Positions 55,211 to 64,000 of a stretch of DNA of 64,000 bases are shown here, one piece after another. The translations under genes and the position numbers were made by a program. The notes under the pieces were generated by a model that saw only the letters and a list, made by a program, of their open reading frames with translations, did not search any database and was not told the DNA's origin. The DNA lies in NCBI RefSeq assembly GCF_009914755.1, contig NC_060932.1. One strand, written 5' to 3'. Every line of letters starts with the position of its first letter. The first letter of the stretch is position 1. The DNA is from the human T2T-CHM13v2.0 reference genome, Homo sapiens.

Positions 55211-55487
55211 TTAAAATGTCTTCACTAAAATATATTTTGAACTATGGTTCAGACTTAATAGTCTTTTATAGCATTTCTCAGGTAAACAGTCCTTTGGTCT
55301 CCTGAGCACAGCTGAGACTGTCTCAGGTGCCCCAGGCTTAATGAGAAACTCTATCCCCCTCCTGCATATATGGTGTGATGTCCTCTCATGATGTTTAACA
55401 AGACAAAATAAATCACAGAAAAAACTGCTGAAGTTTCAGGGAAATGTTAAAACAAAGAAAAAAGAGAACAAAATAATTTATTTCCTC

Positions 55488-55514
55488 TGTGTGTGTGTGT
55501 ATGTGTGTGTGTGT
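55488..55514 (+). repeat. Imperfect (TG)n microsatellite
   Basis: Directly visible. Confidence 0.9.
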
Positions 55515-55599
55515 TTTCTAGCAGTTCCCTTTACTTATTTTTAAAGGTTATCACCTGCTTCTCTCTGGCTAAAAATAAATTAATGAAAATTTTTTCCAG

Positions 55600-55682
55600 A
55601 AGGCTTTTCTTTGAAAACTCTAAAACTGCAGTGAATGATGCCTAGACTGAGGGTTTTGAAGCTGAATAACAACCAGAGAAAG
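55600..55682 (+). other. Candidate non-coding internal exon (83 nt)
   Basis: Acceptor ttttttccag|A and donor AAG|gtaaga; stop codons in all three frames; no transcript evidence. Confidence 0.25.
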
Positions 55683-56047
55683 GTAAGACTGGGTGAGGAA
55701 TGAGGAGGAGAAGGACATCATGTCTATCTTGGTAGCAAAGTCACATTCTTATCACAGCCCTGACAGCTGCTCTGATTGACACATAGATGACAATGAAGCT
55801 GTGATTAAACTCATTGTTTTTGGTTTGGTTTTTATTCTCATCATTTTTTTATATACCCAGATGTTTGGCATCTTGGAATGAAAGCAGACAACTCAATTTT
55901 TATGGATGCATGTATAGAAATATACATGCAGGCATTAAAGAGATTTCTCCCATACCCTGTGGAATGGCACAGTCATGGAGATGTCAGGGGGGCCACTTCT
56001 GGTGTACTGCAATCTCCTGTCCACCTCCACCTGGGCCTCCAACCCAA

Positions 56048-56073
56048 CACACACACACACGCACACACACACA
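56048..56073 (+). repeat. Imperfect (CA)n microsatellite
   Basis: Directly visible. Confidence 0.9.
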
Positions 56074-56588
56074 AATCAGAACATTTCTCTACATTTATGC
56101 CTCGCAACTTGTGTCTGTAACAGTAGAGCAGGAGAGATTTTGTAGTGAGATGGATTCAGAAATAAAATGGAGGCAGATTAGGATAGTGTAACCTCAGTTT
56201 TCTATCACATTCTGGTGACCTGGGTAACATGGACCAGCCAGTGGAAGTCAGAAGCTATTGCAAATATTCAAGAGATATTTTCAGAGGCTCTAGGCATTTG
56301 CTAAATTGTTCACGCCAGGAGGATCAAATGAGGCATTTAGTAAACCAGAAAATAGTTCTCCATCCTTCAGCAGGGAATTCAGACAGGGGTTGCAACCCTG
56401 TAGAAAGGAAACTTAGGAGCAGGCACGTACCAGTCCAGGCAGTGGGAGTGGTCTGTCCTGAGGGGCTGGCCATGGGTTGTTCATTGTCTGCGGAAATGTA
56501 GAAACAATGACACTGACCCAGTGTCAGTCTGTTCATTACAATTACAGTGTATCAGACTTTCTAAACACCATCAGTGATAAAGCACTCT

Positions 56589-56614
56589 CAAAACAAAACA
56601 AAACAAAACAAAAA
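56589..56614 (+). repeat. (CAAAA)5 repeat
   Basis: Directly visible. Confidence 0.9.
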
Positions 56615-56994
56615 TAAAACTACATATTTTCTTCAAATTTTACACAACTGCTGCTGCTGTTGTTGCTTTGGAAGTACACATACACAGTCACAACACAGAT
56701 TTGCTTCAAATTAGTGCATTTTTCAAATTACTTTTCTTTAAATAAACATGATATTCTCTAAGGAGGTTAAATTCTTAGACATCTTGGAGAGTCAGGTCCT
56801 GATATACATGGACTGAGATACACATAAGGGATTCAAGAGTGAGTTTGTGAAGATTCAAAATCATTGAGCTTGCTCTGGGCGTACTTCATGTTCCATCCCA
56901 TGTGTCACATGACAGCAGAGGATTCAAGGTGAAGTTAATAGCACAGAGATTGCAAAGAAAAAGACAAAGAAATGAGATAATGAGAAATGCTATC

Positions 56995-57373
<379 letters not shown>

Positions 57374-58039
57374 TGAGGTGCAAGATTTCTGTTTGGTGGA
57401 TGCAGATTTTAGTTCATATGTAAAATATTTAATTAAATTTAATAACATTTGAAAATTGAATTTTGATCTTTATGGTTAATTATTTTAGAACTAAGGAAAA
57501 ATACAGAAAATAGTGATTATAATGAAAAGCAAGTTTGCCAGAAAGAACCAGGCTGTGCAAATGCCTTCTGGACTCCATGGCTTGGGAACACCAGAGCTGG
57601 TTTCATTGGCTTAGTCATAGAGCTGTCTAAGCAGATAGAAGCAGTGAGGCTTGCCCACTCAACTCGATGAGTGGGAGAAAAGAAGTGGGAGGCAGGGCAG
57701 GAGAGGAGAAGTAGGGGGATTGTTGGGTGGTGCCTGCAGGTGGGAGCCAGGTTTGTGAAAGCCATGACTCCTTTGGCTATTCCACAAAATAACTAAAGAG
57801 TTCTTTGAGAAGTGCTTTAAGTCCCAATCTTCCAGTGATGGGCTGCCAGGCAATGGGTTTAGATCCATCAACCTCCTCATTTATAAAAACCATAGCCTTC
57901 ATGTGTCTGGACTTTCTCTCTTTCTAGTACTCAACCATACATTATCTCACAGGCACTTACAGCAAGTTGATCAGGCTCCAAGAACCCAAACTTCTGAGAG
58001 CAAATAAGGCCTTGAAAAACATTATTTCAATAAACGTAG

Positions 58040-58220
58040 CTAATATATATTGAGAAATACTCTATTTCAGGTGGATAATCTTCTAATTTAAAAAGTGAAA
58101 AAACCTGAAATACAGAGAATTTAAATAATTTGTCAAGGATGTATAAAGTTATTCATGTAGGAAGCAGCTGTGTAGGATTTTATCTCAGGGACCCATTCAA
58201 GGATGTGTTCTCTTAAACAA
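58040..58220 (-). mobile_element. MIR fragment
   Basis: cctgaaatacagagaatttaaataatttgtcaagg...ggattttatctcagg. Confidence 0.55.
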
Positions 58221-58237
58221 GTAATCTTTTTGATTAT

Positions 58238-58590
58238 TGATATGATTTGGCTGTGTCCCTACCCAAATCTTATCTTGAATTGTAGCTCCCATAATTCCCA
58301 TGTGTTGTAGGAGGGACCCTGAATCAGGGGGTGGGTTTTTCCCATGCTGTTCTCGTGATGGTGAATAAGTCTCATGAGAACTGATGGTTTAATAAAAGGG
58401 ACGTTCCCCTGCACATGCTCTCTCTTGCCTGCCACCATGTAAGATGTGACTTTGCTGCTCATTCACCTTCAGCAATGACTGTGAGGCCTCCTCAGCCGTG
58501 TGGAACTGTGAGGCAATTAAACCTCTTTCCTTTATAAAATAACCACTCTCAGATATATCTTTATTAGCAGCGTGAGAACAGATGAATACA
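58238..58590 (+). mobile_element. THE1B-like MaLR solo LTR
   Basis: tgatatgatttggctgtgtccctacccaaatcttatcttgaattgtagctcccataattccca ... ctttattagcagcgtgagaacagatgaataca; TSD attat/actat. Confidence 0.95.
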
Positions 58591-59287
58591 ACTATCATAA
58601 AAGTGCTGCTTTTAAAAATATTTCCCCCCATGTCTTTCCCATTTAAGATTTACATTTTATTAATGCACCTCTAATATCTTTCCCAACACTACATTGGTGC
58701 ATCTGCATTCCATAACCTTTTGTTCAAGTAAGGTCATAGCATCTCCTTAGTCCCAATGTACATGGCTATGTAGTATACTAGGCTAGATAGTACCAGTCCT
58801 AGTCATAACAATCCACAATTCAGATCACTTCATTTAGTAGTCATAGTCTTCTCAGGGCTGGAAACACAGAAACACTCAACATGGCACTCAAGTATCATAG
58901 TTTTTGATTGATTGATTTTCTACTCTATCTAAGACAAACCAAGGGAAGTAACAGCTTACTGCCTCCTCCAATCCAAGAAAATGTTGCAAGCAACGTAGTG
59001 AACTTGATAAAAATATAGGTATTTGCTTCTCTTTACCTTCCAGATTCTCATACGTCAATGTTAATTCCTGGGTCCCATCCCATGCCTCAGAGCTCTCTTT
59101 GTTGTATAACTTTTTAAAATTTTGTTTACTAAATTTGCTTATTTAAGTTTGTTCTCTTTCTCTTAAACATAAGTATAATATTTACATTTTACTATCCCAT
59201 TATTCTACATTTGAAATTTTTCAATATATACCAAAATCCTAATGTTTTCCATATTTCTCTCTCCTGATCTTACCTGACAACCCCCGT

Positions 59288-59640
59288 AGTAGTCAGGGTA
59301 GGCCAGTTTATGCTGCAGCAACAAATAACCCTAACCCCTCAACCCAGTGACTGATGAAAACAAAATTCCTTTATTTTCACCCCCAGGCCAACAGGGACAT
59401 CCTCTTACTCTAGTTATTTATGACTCCAGCAGATGGAAGCGTCATTCAAAAATGTAAGAAGCAAACAAGGTGAAGAGGGAAAGATACATTATTCACTGAC
59501 TGTCAAACCTTCATTACTGAAGTGACTGATACAAGTTCTCTTCATTTTTATTGGTCAAATTAAGTGACATGATTGTGCCTGATTTCAGTAGGAGCGAGAA
59601 AGAACAACCTATACTGTATTCCATTGTGAACAGCCCTCAC
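59288..59640 (-). mobile_element. MaLR LTR, MLT1L/K-like
   Basis: tagtcagggtaggccagtttatgctgcagcaacaaataaccct...cattttattggtcaaattaagtgacatg. Confidence 0.7.
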
Positions 59641-60497
59641 TGCTGGGATAATCACCACGTGATTATAAACCAATGATAGAAAGGTAAAGTGACACATCAC
59701 TCAACTTTAGTTAAAGCCTTCCAGTAACCTAAATTCAAAGAAAAACAATAGAAACATAAACTTCAAAATAAACATCCCAATTATTTCTGTAATATTATAT
59801 CCCAAAGTGGCAAACCTTTTTGGATTTATAGTTTGCATCGTCCATTTGATATTCTAGGAATTATAATAATATTTTAAAACTATATAATGCTTTACCTGCT
59901 TCTCAAATTTTCAGGTTTCTGCTCTTTGATACCAATATTACACAGCTCATAACACACCTTATTGGTAGTCAGGATTACACATACAAGGTCCAGGCTGTGT
60001 AGTAAATCAGGTGTGATATCTGCCCTCTCCTTAATTAAGTTTTCTAGTTTTTACTCTATTAAAGCATCATCAGACTATGGCTTCTGAGGTTTGAGAATCT
60101 GCTGACACTGCATTGCTGAGGGAAGCAGGTGATACTAATGGAATAAAGACGGGGAGGGGAGGAAGACTGTTATGTAGAGGGAGAGGCCTTGATGATCGAG
60201 ATTGCATTAACACAAAGGGGATGGGAGAGGATATGGTGGATGGTGTAACCTTCAGAAATACAGAGCAGGTGGTTCCAGGAAGGAAGAGCAATCATTGTAA
60301 TATGGGTGTTTCCATGTACACCTGGAGATAAAGCAAGGGAGGTGGGGGAGCACAGGCACAGGTTCCTCTGTAGGCACTCACGTTTTTTTCTAAGCAAGGA
60401 GGTAAGAAGACCATATATGGCGAAGAGCAGGAAGATGTAGGCAAGGTCCTTGCCCTCTTATCATCACTTTTTGCATCTGTGAAACCGGAATCTAGGA

Positions 60498-60552
60498 CCC
60501 CTTTCCTTCCTCCTTCCTTCCCTCCTTTCTCTCTTCTTTCCTTCCTTCCTTT
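60498..60552 (+). repeat. (CCTT)n-like polypyrimidine tract
   Basis: Directly visible, adjoining the tail of an L2. Confidence 0.85.
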
Positions 60553-61410
60553 AGTTCAATGAATATTTTGAAAATCTTGTATTTACCAGGTTCTATTTTG
60601 GGGACTTAGGTCCAGCAATGAACTCAACAGACCATGTACTTGCTTTCTTGGGATGGAGATACACACACACACACACAAACACACACACACCCTGATACGG
60701 TTTGGCTGTGTCCCCATCCAAATCTCATCTTGAATTGTAGTTCCCACAATTCCCACGTGTTGTGGGAGGGACTCAGTGATCTGATGGTTTTATAAGAGGA
60801 AACCCCTTTTTTCTCATTCTGTCTTGCCTGATGCCATGTAAGACGTGCCTTTTGCCTTCCACTATGACTGTGAGGCCTCCCCAGCCCCATGGAAATGTGA
60901 GCTCTTGAAACCTCTTTTTCTTTATAAAACACCCAGTCTCAGGTATGTCTTTATCAACAGCTTGAAAACAGACTAACACACCCCAATACATATATGTTGT
61001 AGTCTCATTTATCAATTGTGAAGAAAAGAACAGGATAAAAGGACATAGATGATGGGGATGGGAGTTGTCTCTGGAGTTGGCAGGTCAGCGGACACCTCAA
61101 TGAAGTTAAAAGCAGCTGTCATATAGACATCCGGGGGAAGAGTGTTTCAGGCAGAGCAGGCATCATGGAGAAAAGTGGGGATGTGCTCTCTGTATTCAAG
61201 GAAGAATAACAGGCCAAGGATATCTACAGCGAAAGAAGCAAGGAAGTCATAAAAAAAAAAAAGGGTATGAGTGGCAAGGCCATGCAGAGCACATTAGGAA
61301 TCTTGGAGTTTGTTCCCACTGTAATGAGAAGACTTTGGAGAGCTTTGAACAGAAGAATAATATTATTTTCAATTACAAAGATGAAACTGAATGTTGTGTT
61401 GACAGAGGTC
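60550..61410 (-). mobile_element. L2a fragment interrupted by (CA)n and a THE1 LTR
   Basis: ttcaatgaatattttg...ccaggttctattttgggg...cagcaatgaac; later gggggaagagtgtttcaggcagag and ttggagagctttgaacagaagaat. Confidence 0.8.
60693..60978 (+). mobile_element. THE1C-like MaLR solo LTR with an internal deletion of about 70 bp
   Basis: tgatacggtttggctgtgtccccatccaaatctcatcttgaattgtag ... cccagtctcaggtatgtctttatcaacagc; possible TSD caccc. Confidence 0.93.
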
Positions 61411-61885
61411 ACCAAGAAGAATTAGACAATTCTGAAAAATCTTCAACACATATATAAGTACCCAGTGAACTTTTGGTGAAAAATAAATAAATGAATTGTT
61501 TATTCCCTTTATTCTAGCCACTTAAAGTTGAAAAAATTATGTAGGAGCCTGATGCATATTTGCTGTGTGTGCACACAAATGAGTAGGCAACACTTGTCAC
61601 TATCTGGCTCCCAGCATCTAGTGCCAGGTTCTCTATTCAAGATGAGCCATCTGGAGGGAGGACAGACATGTGACTCGGGTGGGGGCAATTGAAGTCCCCT
61701 CTTATTTCTTTGAGTCAGTAACACAGTGGCAGTGGCATGTAGCCCAGTCCAATCCAAAGATGTGACCTCTGCCAGCTTTCAAAGAACCTCGTCCCCTGTT
61801 GGCAATTTGCTGGGGCCTCCAGTTTTCAGTCCACACTATGAGTTTCCAAAAGCATTTTAACAAATGTCCATCACGCTTAAGATAA

Positions 61886-62621
61886 TGTTGTGGACACTGT
61901 TATTGCCATAGCTATTTCCCTTCCTGTCCCTTTTACCAGATCTGTACGTTCATCCCTCTGCTTCTGCATGAAGTGATACTGATTAGACCTGACATATTCA
62001 AAAAGGTATCTTGGACACTGGAGCCGCATATCAGCTGGTAGGAAGATCCCAAGGTCTGTGAGTTGAGAGTTTTACCTATATCCCTACCCTACCCCAATCA
62101 TACACAGAGCCTACTGTTAATTCTTAATAACCAACTCATATAACTAATGTGGAAGCCCAGACGCCCAGCTCCTTTTGCTTGACGCAGGACTAACTGAGGT
62201 GTCTGGCACACTGAAAGCTTCCTTCACAATCAGGCTGAACCTGGAGCTTCTCCTGAAATTACAGCCGTGTTTGTCTCTTTTCCATTCCCTTTCATGCTTC
62301 AACCACCCCTTTCTGTTTTCCCTTGGTCAGATTTAGAAAAATATATATATATAAGACACCCGGCAGAATTTGAATTTTAGTTAAATAACAATTGTTGCTT
62401 TTGTTGCTGTAGTTCTTGTTTTTGTTTTGATTTTTTTCAGTACAAGTATATCTGATGCAGTATTTGTGATACAGTTATACTGAAATATTATTTGTTGCTT
62501 ATATAAAATTGAAATTTAACCAGATATTCAATATTTTATGTGGTATCCCTAGCTGGAAAGTCTTCCACCCAAAAATCACCTGCACCCTTATTCTTTGCTC
62601 AGGGAAAACTGTTTCAAAACA
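61886..62621 (+). mobile_element. LTR16C-like ERVL LTR interrupted by MER53
   Basis: gcccagctccttttgc...ctgaggtgt...atcaggctgaacctggagcttctcctgaaatt; resumes after MER53 with aaatcacctgcac. Confidence 0.7.
62322..62551. mobile_element. MER53 palindromic miniature DNA transposon
   Basis: cagatttag...aatttgaattttagttaaataacaa ... ttgttgcttatataaaattgaaatttaac...tggtatcccta; self-complementary architecture. Confidence 0.85.
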
Positions 62622-62757
62622 GGGAGCTGGCGTCCGTTTCTGTTGTCTACAACCAGTAAAACTGAGGAAGGCAGATGTATTCTGTTTCCAGAGTTATACC
62701 ATAAGGATAATATATAACCTTTATAGTCTTGTAACAACCTACTATAAAAGTAGATAT

Positions 62758-63275
62758 TGTGTTGGATATTATTTATTGGCTCCTCCAAATCCATCTTCTA
62801 CCATTTTCCACCTTTGTCTATGCCTTAAGGGCTGAATGGCTGAACTTTGTATCAGGAATAACCTGTCCTATCCTGCCCTGTGACCTCTGGGGTTTTGGGG
62901 GTAGGAACCACAGAAAACCCCCACAGGAAGTCTGAGTATGGCAGGCAGAAGATACATGTTTTGGTGTTCATGTACCTGATCTTTTCCCTATCAGGCCAAG
63001 GGTTTAAGCAGCTATACTTCTCCACTTAAGGCCCCAGATCCTGTCTGTGGCCTCATCTCCTGCTCTCTTCTCTGTTGATTTTAGTGACTTCGCACTCCTC
63101 TTGAGCTCTCAAGCCTAGGGGTAATAACCCTCTTTATTTTGTCTAGCCCAAGGATGCTTCACCACCCCTTATAAATTTCCCTTACCTTGGCCCACACCTT
63201 TGTAAATATTCCTACATTAATAATCATTCTTCAATCAACACTTTGCCATATTTCTGCCAGGGCCCAACTATTCCA
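62758..63275 (+). mobile_element. LTR33-like ERVL solo LTR
   Basis: tgtgttgga...cctccaaatcca ... gcctaggggtaataac ... gcccacacctttgtaaatatt; TSD-like gatat/aatat. Confidence 0.8.
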
Positions 63276-63441
63276 AATATTAAAGCATTAAAAACAAACA
63301 AACAAACCCACCGAAAGTAGTAGTAGAAATTATTCTTATCTTATTGTAATAATATTTTTATTAATAATATCTGGGATATTACTAATATCCCAAATTTAAT
63401 TTATTTAATAACTTAATACATGATGATGTGATAATTTATTT

Positions 63442-63733
<292 letters not shown>

Positions 63734-63914
63734 TGATAAGTTAATTTAATTAATCTATTATTAATTTATTCATTTAATGTAGATATTATTTTACTTTTAA
63801 GCCAATGTTTCCAATTTATGTATAATATTTATATTGCTTTAATAGCAATATTGGAAACCTAAAATATGAAGTTTATTTAACAATTAGAGGAGTTATTTTA
63901 AATGTTGCCCTTCA

Positions 63915-64000
63915 TCGATGGTCAGAACATGGACTTTGATGCCAGATAAACATGTGTTTGTTTCTTGGACCAAATTCATAATAGGCATAAAACCTTAGTT
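63915..64000 (+). mobile_element. MIR 5' fragment at window edge
   Basis: atggtcagaacatggactttgatgccagataaacatgtgtttg. Confidence 0.6.

Noticed and set aside
58480-58505. PRDM9 hotspot motif in THE1 elements (also ~60875-60890)
   Set aside because: Sequences read cctcctcagccgtg and cctccccagcccc; neither matches CCNCCNTNNCCNC / CCTCCCT

Overview
Primate (most likely human or other ape) nuclear DNA: AT-rich, CpG-poor and dominated by interspersed repeats, typical of a gene desert or a large intron. I recognise no protein-coding exon, RNA gene or CpG island, and the ORF track is explained by chance and by repeats. Contents: 8 Alus, a solo LTR2 (HERV-E/Harlequin), an MLT2A (HERV-L) LTR, many MaLR LTRs (THE1, MST, MLT1, one with its internal sequence), LTR16C and LTR33, L1M and L2 fragments, MIRs, hAT-type DNA elements (MER3, MER5, MER20, MER53, MER58B, Charlie1) and microsatellites. 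Family calls come from recalled consensus sequences, not an alignment, so subfamilies and some boundaries are approximate. Structures the repeat annotation does not explain: a ~360 bp AT-rich foldback with 60 bp complex-sequence inverted arms (13938-14296), an old ~330 bp local duplication (50212-50541 / 52533-52875), a CpG-enriched domain over old repeats (33680-36250), a templated-insertion scar with a perfect hairpin (11113-11196) and a candidate non-coding exon (55600-55682). I cannot support a claim of a new biological system from this sequence alone.
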